DNA from: the human T2T-CHM13v2.0 reference genome, Homo sapiens
Direction: 5' to 3' (one strand)
Assembly (NCBI RefSeq): GCF_009914755.1
Contig: NC_060929.1
Length of the DNA: 64,000 bases
The notes below the pieces were generated by a model that worked only from the letters and a program-made list of their open reading frames with translations, ran no database searches and was not told where the DNA came from. Each line of letters opens with the position of its first letter. The stretch's first letter is position 1. This document shows positions 1-13,050 of the stretch, piece by piece. Both the position numbers and the translations under genes were made by a program.

Positions 1-439
1 ATTTACTTCATCATGTTCACTTGTAAGCCTGTATCATATGACAACCAATGAAACTTTTCTTGCCTTCAGAACTTAAAAGTATTGATTTCTTAGAAATGAT
101 GCTTTACAAATAAACAAGTACACAAATACATATTCTGTACAGAGGCTGTGGAGGGTCTTTCACATGAGTTCTCATTGAGTTACCATGTGGGTATGCTTGT
201 TTTAATTTGCAATTTTCATAAAAAGTAGGTTTTAGGTATTCTTTATAACTTATTTCACATATATCTTTTTTTAAGGAAAAGATAAATACAATTTTATTTT
301 AGAATAAATTCTTGCATAACAATATTAAAATATATTGAAATGTATTTTGATTACCTATTTCTAAAGATAAATAAATAAAAATCTGTTAGAGATATGGCCT
401 GATGTACAATGAATAAATATAACGTAAGCTCAACTGATT

Positions 440-950
440 TGTATCAGTTAGTACTGTATTCAGCCATGAATTATGGAAAACATGATTAACGGTGGCTTAA
501 AGTTATGCTGGCCATTTTTATTATATAACAAGAAGTTCTGGGTAAAAGCCATTTTAACCAGAGTGAGATGATACCGTATCATAGTTTTGATTTGCATTAC
601 TCTGGGGCAGGCAGTCCAGGGATACAGCAACAGGTCCACAGTGTTATCAAAGGCCCAGGCATCTTCTATCTTTCTATTTCTCTATCCATTCATCCTTTCT
701 ATTCTAGACATGTTGTATGACTTTTCTCTTATGGTGGCAAGATGGCTGCTGCATCTCTATGTGTCACATCAGTTTCCAGGCCAAAAAAAAAGGCAGAGGA
801 GGAAAAGACTAAAAAAATATTAAGAAGAGCTTGCCAACTGAGCCTATACTTTTAAGTTTCCCATTTGTTCCCGTCTTATCTTTGAGCACAGTGGGGTCCC
901 AAGATCAGAAGGGAGGCTAATGGGGGTCAGTATTTTAGCTTTCTGGCCTC
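440..950 (-). mobile_element. Old MaLR solo LTR (MLT1J/K-like), interrupted by a short L1 fragment
   Basis: Starts TGTATCAGTTAG (reverse complement of an MLT1 3' end); contains MLT1-type motifs 'ggcaggcagtccaggg' and 'gcaagatggctgctgca'. Right boundary approximate. Confidence 0.65.
543..604 (-). mobile_element. Short internal L1 ORF2 fragment
   Basis: 'aaaagccattttaaccagagtgagatgata...gttttgatttgcattactctg' resembles the L1 ORF2 3' segment also present at ~16397-16455 and ~52860-52920 in this window. Confidence 0.7.
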
Positions 951-1904
951 AATAGAAGAAGTCAAGGCAACTGTTAATGGCCTTGGGAAGTAAATTTAAT
1001 GTCTACTACTCCATTCATTTCAACTTTCTACCAGTGGTAATACCAGGCTAAAGAAATACAATAGGAGAAATCCTTTCTGTGATGATTTGTCTTAAAGGAC
1101 ACTCCTATTTTTATTTTTGAGAATATATCTAGAATCCCTAAAGAAACTAGAAACATAAGGGCACCATCCCTTGCATAGTATGCCACAAATGCAGTTTGTA
1201 TGAGATATATAATACCTTGCATCTACAATATTTAAAGATTTCTACCCTTTAAGGCATTTTTATGTTATATATACCTATGCTGTGAAAAATAAAACAGACA
1301 TGAACAACTTATTTCCATTTTTGATGGAATATGTACATGAAGTATTTTACTTAAATTGCGAAACAAATGTTTCAGTGATCATCATTCCTGATTTATCAGC
1401 AGTGTTTCTCAGTGTGAAAAACCTTACAGTTAGCAAAAGTGGCAAATGTGTGACTGCATGCAGAACAGATGGAGTACCTCATCAATTTGTTTTGATCATC
1501 TTACAGAAAAGTGTGATTCCTTCAGGATTAATAGTAAGGAGAGAACGATGACAAAATGTTGGACTGACATGACTTAGACATAGTTTGTATATATAAAGCC
1601 TGAAGACTCATATTCAGTGTTTTTGTCATTGTTATGGTTTCATTTTGCTTTGTTTTATATTTTTTTAATTAAAAGTTGCTTTTTTATTTTCTTACCAACA
1701 ACTGCTAAGGAAAAGGCATGCTAGTTAACCATTTTTTTTAAGGTTGGTCTGAATTGTTAAATATGACAGTTTGAGCTTGGGTGTCTTTAAAAAAAATTAC
1801 TGTCTGATGCAAGAATCAATGTAAACTTTCTATTTTTCAGAGACTTTCAAAACCATATTCTATTGGGTTAGATGACAGCTGGATGACAAAGCAGTGCATT
1901 TATA

Positions 1905-2404
1905 ACAAGGGCAGATACTGCTACTTGCCTACCCACTATTTATTCCCTCCTTCTTCCTTAACATCAGAACCTCACTTTGGTTTGAGACACTAATGTGCCC
2001 ACTAAATAACTATATTTCTCAACCTCTCCTACTAAATTGTGGTGCAGTCAGACCGGTGGTGCCTAAGTATGTCATTGGCGGGTTTTCTGGGAAAGCTTTT
2101 AAAGGGAGCAGACTCAGCTGCACATACCTTTCCTCTTTTTCCTTCCTTTTCTTCCCTTTCCCCTTCCTGGAATAAAAATAGGAATATCATGCAAGGAGAC
2201 AAAACTTCCATCTTGAGAAGATGAGGACGAAAACTATATGCTGAGATGAATGGCATCTGCAGTAGTTACTATACACTTGTGGTTGTTACATCATCCTGGA
2301 TTGCTTGAAATTTGACTTCTTGTTATGCAAAACTCTGTGTGCTGAAAACAGTGTTGTTTGGGTTTTCTTTTATATGCAATTGAACACAATTTTTAACTGT
2401 TACA
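1905..2404 (+). mobile_element. ERVL-type solo LTR (LTR33-like)
   Basis: 'ttgcctacccac...cttcttcct...agaacc', 'tgtgcccactaaataactatatttctcaacctctcct' and a terminal 'ttaactgttaca' resemble LTR33. Confidence 0.6.
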
Positions 2405-4824
2405 ATAACTTAAAGGAGAATGTGTGGAGTCTGATGACAATTTAATCTCTGTAGCAGTCTGCTGCAATATTATATAAGTAGTGTATTTGATGCTTTCTTC
2501 AGACGGGTAACAACCCAGGAAGCCTCAGTTGCTTTAGAAATTAGAAAAAAGAAAGGCTTTAGAACAATGGTGTTAGCCCCTCCCCATATCATTAGATTTC
2601 CGTATTTGTAGGGCTCAATCTTCTCCAGTATATCCAGAATATCCTTACAAATTGTGTCTTTAATTAACAGAGACTTATTTGGATAACGTCATTCTGCAAA
2701 TATTTTACATTTTTACTTTGAGTGTTTTCCCCATATACAGGGATCATCTTAGGTTTTAAAGCATTAGTTTAAGGACAATAGCTATCATACAATTATATAC
2801 TTTATCAACCACTGAATATATTAAATATATAAATGCTGCCCTGGCATAAGCTAAATCATGTCATAAGAAGGTCTAGGGCTATCATTGTCTGAAAATAAAT
2901 ATTTATTACTATATGCTCCTTTTTGTATATAACCTGTAACTTTTAGTTGGGTGAGGGGGCGGATAGTAAAGATAATTTGCTTAGTCAAATAAAAATTGTG
3001 AAGTTGAAAATATACACTGATGGGACTAGCTTTCTGTAGAATAGGTTGTTTAGATTATATAGCTCTGTCTTATGTTTATGTTGCCTGTGAATCTCGATAG
3101 TGAATTTTTAATTAGCTGGCAAAATGTAGTAGCACAGTAAATCTTTGTCTTTTATGTACACATGTGTTTTGTGTTTCTAGTATTCATCTTGTAAATACTT
3201 TAGCTCACATGGTTTATAAGCACCACAGGCCCTCTATGGTGTAATCATACATCTGTAGGCCAGATTTTCTCCTTGGTTTCTGTTGAGGTCTCTTCATCCG
3301 TCTGTAGAACTGTTTACAACCATATGCTTTTGGTATCAAGTGAGAATAAAAGGATTGACTGAGGCCACCAGAAAAAGGATGGCCAATCCTTTGGGGCTAC
3401 TGAGATGGTTCGCTTGGGTATAGTCACATGCTAGAATGTCTGCTTGGTTGCTGAGGCTCTGTTTTTCTCAGAGTGAGGCGTAAATAAGAATGGTTAAGAA
3501 GGGCTCCTCCACTGAGAATTTATCTATCCATTGCCAGTTCCTTTGTTCATTTCTCATAGTTAAATGTAGTAGTATCTAGGCATTATCTGGTTGGAAGGGG
3601 TTAAATTTGAGAAGAGGAGCTATAAATTTTAGCCTATCGACTGCTTTCGAATTTTCAATTGTCTTTTGCTGTTATAGACATCAGAGTTTTACCCTATAGT
3701 ATTTGAATTAGAGCAGGAAGAAATTAATTTGGCCTGAAGTCGTCAGGTGAATATCAAGGCAATTCATTTTTTTAATCTGTTCAGTCAGAAACTTTCACTA
3801 ACAGGGAGTTAATTACCTTCTAAATTGGAATTTTGTGTCAGCATTGAGTAATATTTAATTCATAATGGCCTTGAAGGTCTTCAAGTTTTTTTTCTGCGAC
3901 GTGATCCCAATTGGACAGGCTGAGCTTCTGATATGACAAGATAACTGATTCCCTGTTCAGTATACTGTTCTTTACACATCCATGTTTGGACTAGTGCATA
4001 AGTGAGGCTTTTACTAGCAAAAGAGGCTTTCAAAAAGAGCTAGTTTATGAAGAGTTAAAGGTCCTTAGGTTAGAATGCACAAAACTGGGTAAATACACAT
4101 TTTGCTTTAGCTGGTCTTATCACTTAAATGTGCCCTGTCTTTTGTCATTAACTTACTCTGACTTAGTGTTAATTTCTCAACTGTTAAAGTAAGAGAATGA
4201 TTTACACCTGTCTCTGAAGCAATGGCATTGTGGGCAAAGTATTTATGATTGGCAGAACACTTTGTGTTCTCAGAAAGCTATTTAAATACCAAATAATAAC
4301 ATTCAACGTGTTACATAGGAGCTTGTTAATGTATGTGAGATTACAGTTCATAATGGAAATATGAGAATGGATATGTCTTGACAGTTGAAACTGCTCCTTA
4401 GTTGAAATTGCTAAAATGAAAAATTACTGCCTGGCATGCTTATCATTGTGCAACAGAGCCTGCTATCTGTGAGAGATTATTTTGCACTTCCTATCATTTG
4501 TAGAAAAAGACTATGTCCCATGAAATGGCATCTGTATTCACATATTAGATATTAGACATTGTGTGATGCTACAATTTTTCAAACTATCGGTAGCAGCCTA
4601 CATATAGCAAATGAAGGAAATAGAATGCACTGGGTGATGGGTGGGGACTTAAAAATGATTTAATTACATAAATGACTTCTATTTACCATGGTCTCCAGAT
4701 TGGAATATCTACAGGATTTATGCTTACCTCAAATCTTGAAATTGAGACAGAGTCAATAAATACAGTGTTATATACATTTCTGATGCACTAAGTTTGTAAT
4801 GGAATGAAAGGTAAACAAAAAATT

Positions 4825-4935
4825 AGAGGCTCAGATTATGATCCTGGTTCTGTCATATGTGACTGTGTTTCTTTCATCTGAGAAATATGTGGCTTGCCTC
4901 ATCCCTACTTGCCTGGGGAAACTAATATGATGTGG
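4825..4935 (+). mobile_element. MIR fragment
   Basis: 'atcctggttctgtcat...tgtgact...gtttctttcatctgagaaat' MIR core-like. Confidence 0.45.
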
Positions 4936-6436
4936 ATGAGAGTACAGGACAATATTATGTGATATGGTCTGGTTCTCAGCTTTGCCATCTCAGAAACCTG
5001 ACTTATTGGCATACTGAATGTGGATCTGTCTCTTAGGGCTCCATACACAAGCGCCCAGAAACTAATGAATCAAAGCAGAATGTCAGTGTATTAAATGTGT
5101 AACGAGAAATAGCACTGCCAAAGGGGCTATCATTTTTAGCTATCTGATTTTCTCCCTAAAGCCTGGAGGAACTAGAATATAATTAAAAGCCTGTACAGGT
5201 TGCATGGAATCAGTTTAGGATGAATGACATCAATCTAAGGTAACTTAATTCATGCAAATAAAGTTTTGTCTGTCACTGGGACCAAAAAACCCATATTTTT
5301 GGGCCAAAATGGACTCTCTCTTGGACTGAGCCGCTGAGAATGTTCATTTTCCACATTTTTCCAAACTTTCATTGCTGACTCTCCTTCTCATTTATTATTG
5401 TTTATTTTAGTCACGTTATAGCCAGTTTTCTGTGTCTGGGAGCCACTTTGGGCTTTACCAAATGGCTTGTCTTATCTCTGACCTATTATGTAGTGATTTT
5501 ATAATTTAATTTTCAGAGGGAAAGCTTATCTCCCTTATTTCTAAGTTCTTCATGGAAGTTTTTGCTGCCTCCGCTCCCCTACTGTCACTGCTTATGGTAG
5601 ATTAATTCAGTATTTAAAGAACTCAGATCTAGGGCAACTTTCTACTCAATTAATGTATTTATTTTGAGAGTTCTTAGTGTTTAAGAGACAATTAGACTTT
5701 TCAGATTTTAGTCTCATCCTATAGAAAAAAGTTTGTTTGAAACACTAGCTAGGCAACAGAGGAGAAATAGCATTATCTTTTTGACACAGTTTAGTGTCGA
5801 ATAACAAGACAAAGAGAAACCTGGAGGAACTGCTGCAGTTGTGTGCTTCACATCAATTTGGTTTACCTTAGAAAAGTGAGAAAGCTTGCTCCTTCTAGGG
5901 GTCTTCTAGGAAAATGAAGAGCTATTGTTTTTAAACGTTTTGATGAAAGAGAAATCTGTCTGAAGCCTCTAAGCTCCACAGTTAAATTATTCAGCTCTAT
6001 CATTCACCCTTGCAATTAGGTAATATTTTATTAGTGTAGTCAAGGAACCCTGAGAGGAAAGGCATTAATGGAGTTTCACAAACTTTCCCTACCACAGCGC
6101 TGCTGAATTTCAGCAGTGCCCTAGATTCAGGCATCTGCTGATCAGCTTTGCAGGCTCCCAGCCTTACCTAGAATCCCCTGCTGTTCCTGGAATCCCCATC
6201 CATTGACCTTGTTTCCCCTCCAGATACAGAGATAGCATTCAAGAGACACATCTCCTTCCCTCCCCCACCTATTGTCCTTAATTTTTCTGTGAGACATGAC
6301 TTTCCTGGTAGCTTTGAGAGCTTGAGGTTGTGAGGGCTCCAGGCGACCAAATCCCTTAAAGATCACAATTGCCTGGCTGTGGTTCTGCTCCTAGCTAGAA
6401 AAGTCAGCAATCTTGGAGAGGAGGTGGCAGTTCTCA

Positions 6437-6489
6437 CTCTTGCTCTGAGACTCTTGCTCTGAGATGAGGTGACATCTCTTGCTCTGAGA
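6437..6489. repeat. Three exact copies of CTCTTGCTCTGAGA (14 bp)
   Basis: Copies at 6437-6450, 6451-6464 and 6476-6489, read directly. Confidence 0.9.
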
Positions 6490-6751
6490 GGCCTGCTTCT
6501 GACCGTTATTCCCAGTAATCAGAAAGGGATGAATTGCATCTTATGGGTCGGTGGTTTCTGGCGGCATAGAAAAAAGAATCTGAGACTAGAATCATATGTT
6601 TTCCTACCTGTGACAAGAATATGGAATTGGGAATGTTCGTAAAGATCTAAGATATCTAATTATATTAGAATATTTTCTGCTTGTCTAGGATATTCAGTTT
6701 ATCTTTCCTTCAGGCACTCTCCAAACAGCCTGTGTAACAATGAAGCCATTC

Positions 6752-7369
6752 CGTTGCTGGTAGGGAGGTTCAGGTTTTTGTCTTCACCACGCAAAAAAAT
6801 TTGAAAAGGAGACCAAAGTGAGAGTATAGAAGCTTTACTGGGGAGGGAAAGCAAGTACACACTCAAGAGAGGAGCGCAGGCGTGTTCAAAAGAATAAGAC
6901 AGCATGACGTGGTCAGGACTCACATACTATATAGATAAGCATAATGAAGGTGCAGAATATGCTATAATAAAGGGAGGGGATTTCCTGTAAATGGACAGGC
7001 AATTCCCTGAATCGGGGTGCCACCTTTTTCTAGACTAAATATGGTCACTCCGGAACTGTCATGGCGTCAGGTGTATAAAGGGAGTGGGAGGCTTCCGTTC
7101 GGAAATTTTAGGGTAATAAGGGAGTAATACAGCCAAGTGATGGGGGTCAGTCAAGCTTTCAGCCGTCTTGGATTTAACCGGTTGTGGCTGGTTTCTTCTT
7201 TGCTGCATTCCTATCTATGCCTAAAGCAGGATGTCTGCAACCTGTCTTCATTGTTGCAACCTCTCATAACAGTTTCTTTCTACTAGGGGACTGGTACTTG
7301 CGTTGATTCCATTTGTATTTAGCTACCTGCAAGTAATCATGTTTGTTCCCTTGCTAACTGCCTGCCTCA
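6752..7369 (-). mobile_element. ERV1 (MER4-group) solo LTR with 4-bp TSD ATTC
   Basis: Ends 'cctgcctca' (TGAGGCAGG on the - strand); left end 'cgttgctgg' is a degenerate TGTT; ATTC at 6748-6751 and 7370-7373; locally more CpG-rich than the flanks. Confidence 0.75.
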
Positions 7370-7469
7370 ATTCCTCTGTTTATATCCTTTCACTGAATTC
7401 CTGATGAAGACGGACTTCTCCTGATGGTAATGTCTTATTGTCTATTTTTCCAACTTTTTCTCAAACCTC

Positions 7470-8190
<721 letters not shown>

Positions 8191-8234
8191 AACCTAAGAT
8201 GCCATTTTTAGCCTAATGATTTACTGATTCTCTA

Positions 8235-9028
8235 TGCCATTGTAAAAAGGAGCAGGCAGCACTCTGGAAACCTTGCTCTCAAGGTGGTAGCTTGCCTGGA
8301 AGTTCTCTGAAATGCCTTTGGTGTCATTCTTCCATTGTCTTGATGAATAGAACGTGGCTTCCTACCATCCATATTAATCTCCTTAGCAAAGGGTTGCTTG
8401 GTCCCCTTTGTATTCTCTCCTGAACAGCATGCTTTTCTATTTTTTACATAGCCTGGCTGAGAGTTCTCTAGATCTTTCCATTCTGCTTCCTTTTTAATTA
8501 TAAATCCCATCTTTAAATTATTTCTGTTTTCTGCCATTTTATTCTAAGCAGCCAAAAGAAGTCATGTAGTAAGTACCTTGAATACTTTGCTGCTTAGATA
8601 TTTCTTCTGCCAGATGTCCTAGCTCTTAAGTCTTAAGTTCTACCTTTCACAAAGTCATAAGACAGACACAATTTCACCAGGTTATTTGCAAGTGTAACCA
8701 GGATAGCCTTTACTCTAGTTTCCCATACCGTATTCCACATTTCTATCCAAGACCTCATCACAATGTCCTTTTTTGTCCACATTTCTACCAGATTCTGATC
8801 ACAATAATTTAAGAAAAAAGCTCCAGATATTTTCTCCATTTCTTTCTTTCTTCTGAGCTCTCACCTGAATTACCACTGATGCTCTGTTTATGGCAATTTG
8901 GGTTTTTTTTCTAGCCTGCTCTTCGAAATTCTTCCAATTTGTATCTGTTACCCACTTCCAAATCTGCTTCCACACTTTCAGATATTTCTTATAGCAACAG
9001 TCCCACTTAGCTTCTTAGTATCAATTTT
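8235..9028 (-). mobile_element. MaLR internal sequence (MST-int-like), 5' portion
   Basis: Abuts the LTR; on the - strand it begins 'gaaaattgatactaagaag' like a MaLR internal start; source of the ORFs at 8232-8537 and 8633-8839. Confidence 0.75.
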
Positions 9029-9420
9029 CTTTCTTAGTCTGTTTTGTGCCCCTGTAACAATACCTGGGACTTGATAATTTATATACAACAGAATTTTATT
9101 CGGCTCATGGTTCTGGAGGTTGAGAAGGCCAAGATCAAGTGCTGCATCTGGTGACAACTTTCTTGCTGTGTCATAATATCCCAGAGGCATTAAAGGGGTG
9201 AGAGAGAACACATAAGGGAGCAAGAGGTTGTCCAAACTTGCATTTATAAGGAACTCACTTTCATGATAAACCCACCCCCATGATAATCACATTAATCTAT
9301 TTATGAGGGCAGAAGCCTCATAACCCAATCACCTCTTAAAGGTCCCACCTCTCAATACATTTGCACAGAGGATTAAGTTTCCAACACTTAAGCTTTGGGA
9401 GACACATTCAAACCATAGCA
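9029..9420 (-). mobile_element. MaLR LTR (MST family), 5' LTR of the adjacent internal fragment
   Basis: Ends 'cacattcaaaccatagca' (TGCTATGGTTTGAATGTG on the - strand); 'ctcatggttctggagg' and 'aatcacctcttaaaggtcccacctctcaatac'. Confidence 0.88.
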
Positions 9421-10140
9421 AAAATGTCATATATTTTATCCTATTTTCAACACAAGTCCCTTTCTAAAATAATCTCTTATAAATCATTGAAAATTGATAT
9501 TTGATTAATAATAATGATATAAACTGGTGAAGAAAGGGATGATGGGAACTTTGTAAAATGTAACTGAGCATGGCACCTTTCCTTAGAAACCACTTGTGTT
9601 AAATAACCTCAGGGATACCCTACATTCTGATCACTTTCTTTTTAAAATCTTTATTCTCTTACTCACTGAAAAAAACCCAGATTAATAGCATTTTTTACCA
9701 ATCTTTGATATAATCTGTACTTGTATGTATGTGGATATTTATTCAAATGATAAATACAGCATGTTTCTCACAGTCAATTTGAAGGAGTATGTTGTGATAG
9801 AAGTACAGTGTGCCTTGTGTGGAACAAGGTTTATGCAAAGATGCTGCATTAATTGCCTTTATAGCATTTATGTATTATGAGAATTTTATGCTTTATTCAG
9901 TTGGAAGTTATTTTTGTATATATTATGTTGATAGAATTTCTTTCTTCAAGAATCTCTTGTTTAAGAGAGCCTCACCTAAAATATCTATCAAATTTAAATC
10001 TGTAGTGTTTTTCTTTTTCTATATTGACAATTTTGTGTAAACAATTTTCACTTTCCTGAAAGTTCCCTCTTTTTAGTACAACTGCTTCCCTAGATTGTCT
10101 CCACAATGCAGTTCAAGACTGAAAATTTTCTGCTAGAAAG

Positions 10141-10176
10141 AAAAACCAAACCAAACCAAACCAAACCAAAACAAAA
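10141..10176. repeat. (CCAAA)n pentanucleotide repeat
   Basis: aaaaaccaaaccaaaccaaaccaaaccaaaacaaaa immediately 5' of the Alu. Confidence 0.9.
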
Positions 10177-10479
10177 GCTGGTCGTGGTGGTTTATGCCCG
10201 TAATCTCAGCACTTTGGGAGGTGGAGGTGGGAGGATCACTTGAGGTCAGGAGTTCCAGACCAGCCTGGCCAACATGGCGAAACGCCATCTCTACCAAAAA
10301 ATACAAAAATTAGCTGGGTGTGGTGGCGGGTACCTGTAGTCCCAGCTACTCGGGAGGCTGCGGCACAAGAATCACTTGAACCCAGGAGGCAGAGGTTGCA
10401 ATGAGCCGAAATCACACACTGCATTCCAGCCTGGGCGACAGGGTGAGATTATGTCTCAAAAAAAAAAAAAAAAAAAAAA
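10177..10479 (+). mobile_element. AluS element, full length
   Basis: 'taatctcagcactttgggagg...ggatcacttgaggtcaggagttc', A-rich linker, right arm and poly-A tail. Confidence 0.97.
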
Positions 10480-10515
10480 GCAAGATGTCTTGTGATATTA
10501 TTTCTCAGGAGGGAA

Positions 10516-10517
<2 letters not shown>

Positions 10518-10556
<39 letters not shown>
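10518..10556. repeat. (CA)n microsatellite
   Basis: Uninterrupted AC run read directly. Confidence 0.97.
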
Positions 10557-10558
<2 letters not shown>

Positions 10559-11849
10559 TATACATTAACAATTAGAAGGCATTTATACTATGCTTTAAAG
10601 TCATCCTGTCACTACATTGGTTTCTAAAGAATATGAATGCTGCAGAGAAAAGTATGGCGTGCATGGACGCTTTTATATATTTTTTCTTTAAAAATGTGGT
10701 TATGTCAGGCTCTAATCAAATAAGCGAAAACGGGAATCAGCAGAATACACTGAAAAACTACTTGGTATGTTGCCATGGATTGGTGATATTTCATAGATCT
10801 TGGACATTTCAAAGGCAGAGATATTTTGCACCATAGACTAATGTTAATTCACCATAGCAAGGGATGCTGGTGGTTTCAGAACCTGCTGCTTTATTTCCCG
10901 TTTTAGCAATTTCCATATGGCTCATATGGTACCTACCAGCAGGCTTTGTCAGGCAGGGCCACTGAGTCACCTGTGGCATTTTGAACATCCTGCTGGGTTT
11001 GTATCATAACCAAGAACAATTTCTATTGTTAGCAAATTCTGTGAAAAATTCTCATGAGGTAAATACAGCCCAAAGAGAAGGCTGCTTTGGGATTTCCCTG
11101 AGTCAGAGTAAAAAATTGCTAGCAAAAAAATCTTTGGCAGCAGATACTTTTATCCCGCTGTGCAGGAATAGTCTGGGAGAAAATATTACAACAGAGAATA
11201 TACTGAGGGTGATTTGCTTGATTTGAATCCCTTTGGGAAGGCTACTTTTCTTCATTTTAAATTATTAATTTTAATGTTTAATTTACTTTACTAGAGTAGT
11301 ACAGTCAATGCATGAATTCAATTTATTTCCATGTAAATAAATTAGAACATTACACTTGAAGCAGAATTCTGCTCTGACCATCCACCACAGAGTGATTCTT
11401 TATTTTCCTACTCTCCCTCACCCCTACCCATTCCCACAAACCCTCACTAACTATGCTTGAGACTTTTGCTTGTATTCCTGGAGACATATGTTTTTTTAAA
11501 AAACCTTTTCACATATAGAAATGGGTTCCCATAGAAAATATATAGTTTTCTATTCTTCTTTAAAGAACATAAATCGTAAGGAAAGAAACATTTGATGTTG
11601 ATAAAAATGTCTTACAAAATCTCCAGGGTTTAATAAACTAATAATTTCATGGATTTCTTTTCTTTTAAAACTTAGCTACAGTTTTATTGATTGCTCTTTT
11701 TCGACAGTAGAGCTCCAAAATATCCTGGTTAATACTTTGTAGATAGTAGAAGAGTGTTCCTAGGGAAAACTTGGCTTTATATCTGTCTCAGTAATTCTTT
11801 ACTCTGTTTCTAAAGGGAGGGGCCAGTGTGAAGTGGTAGCTGGATACTG

Positions 11850-11980
11850 TTTTCAGTACTAGAAGGCCTGGGTTGTAATTTCATCTTTGCCACTGCTCTC
11901 TTTGTGATCTTTCTACTTTTGACCTCTATGAGATCTATGAGGACTTCCTGTACTGTAAAGTTCTAGGATTCTCTAAAATG
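11850..11980 (+). mobile_element. MIR fragment
   Basis: 'agaaggcctgggttgtaatttcatctttgccact...tgtgatct' MIR core-like. Confidence 0.45.
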
Positions 11981-12059
11981 CATCAGTATTTTTCCAAGCT
12001 GTATAAATTATCTTGGCTGGGGAAAAAGTTTTGTGTCACTATAATGATGGATAGATAGC

Positions 12060-12290
12060 TCTTGAGTTACAGAATCTGGTGTTAAATTGTCTGGGCTTGA
12101 AACTATCTTGTCTGCTTTCAGATGTCTATGACCCGGACATGTGACTTACCCTCTTTTTACGTCAATCTTTTTTATCTAGAAAGAGAGTGACAGTAATACA
12201 TATCGCTCATAGGCAGCTTATGGGTTAAATGAGGTAATGTATAAAGAACACTCAGAAAAGCAAGTTTTTAATACATCTTAATTCTCATTA
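12060..12290 (+). mobile_element. MIR element
   Basis: 'ctgggcttgaaact...tatgacccggacatgtgacttaccctct...ttaaatgaggtaatgtataaag'. Confidence 0.65.
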
Positions 12291-12619
12291 AATTTTGCAG
12301 GTATCTATTCACTTCCTGGAGCAATAATTTCCTAATCTTCAATTATTTGTTTTAATTGTATATATATATATTTGTAAAGGAATATACTGACTCTGTAGGA
12401 GACAAATTATGATAACTGTGGGGTCCTTGAGAGGGAATTCTTTGTATAAGAAGGAGACTAGGGATGAGGCTTCAATTTGGGTTCCAGGAGTGGCATGGAA
12501 ACTGGTACCCAAATGCATCTTGACCCAGTCATCTTTGCAAAGCTTGTTTACCTTCAGAGAAAGAAAATTGTGTTTGTGAGTTGAAAGGCTATCCTCATTA
12601 AAATCTTTTTTTTTTTTTA

Positions 12620-13050
12620 ATAGAGGCTGCTGGTTGTCTCCAGTATTTAGCCCACCTTGTGTAGTAATAAATTTTTTCCTGGACATGTGGCCTTCTACAA
12701 TAAACATCACATTTCCAACCCCCTTTGTAGTATAGTGTGGCAAGATGACTACATTTTGAACAACGGGTCTGAACAGAGGTGATGTGTGTAATTACTACAC
12801 TTTGTTCTCAAATGCATGTATGGAATGCAAAGGGAATGTATGTGACTTCCCCTTGCCTCTTTTCCCCTTCTTGCTGGCTAGATTATGAATGTCATGGCTG
12901 GAACTAGAGGAGTCATCTTGAACTGTGAGATGGAAATCACCTTTTAAGGATGTTTGAGAACAAGATAGAAAAGGCAGTAATAAACTTATCTTGTTTAAGA
13001 TACTGTAGTTATTTTATTTTATTAGTTAAGCCTATGTCTTAACTAATACA
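12620..13050 (+). mobile_element. ERVL-type solo LTR (LTR33-like)
   Basis: 'cacatttccaacccc...gtgtggcaagatgacta', 'atggctggaactagaggagtcatcttgaactgtgag', terminal 'ttaactaataca'. Confidence 0.7.

Noticed and set aside
5245-5260. Octamer ATGCAAAT (also near 46762)
   Set aside because: An 8-mer of this kind is expected several times by chance in AT-rich 64 kb.
6098-6120. Small hairpin gcgctgctgaa-t-ttcagcagtgc
   Set aside because: Short arms; bacterial-style terminator logic does not apply and chance occurrence is plausible.
12339-12743. Longest ORF in the track (134 aa)
   Set aside because: Begins inside an LTR33-like element, crosses a homopolymer run and resembles no protein I recognise.
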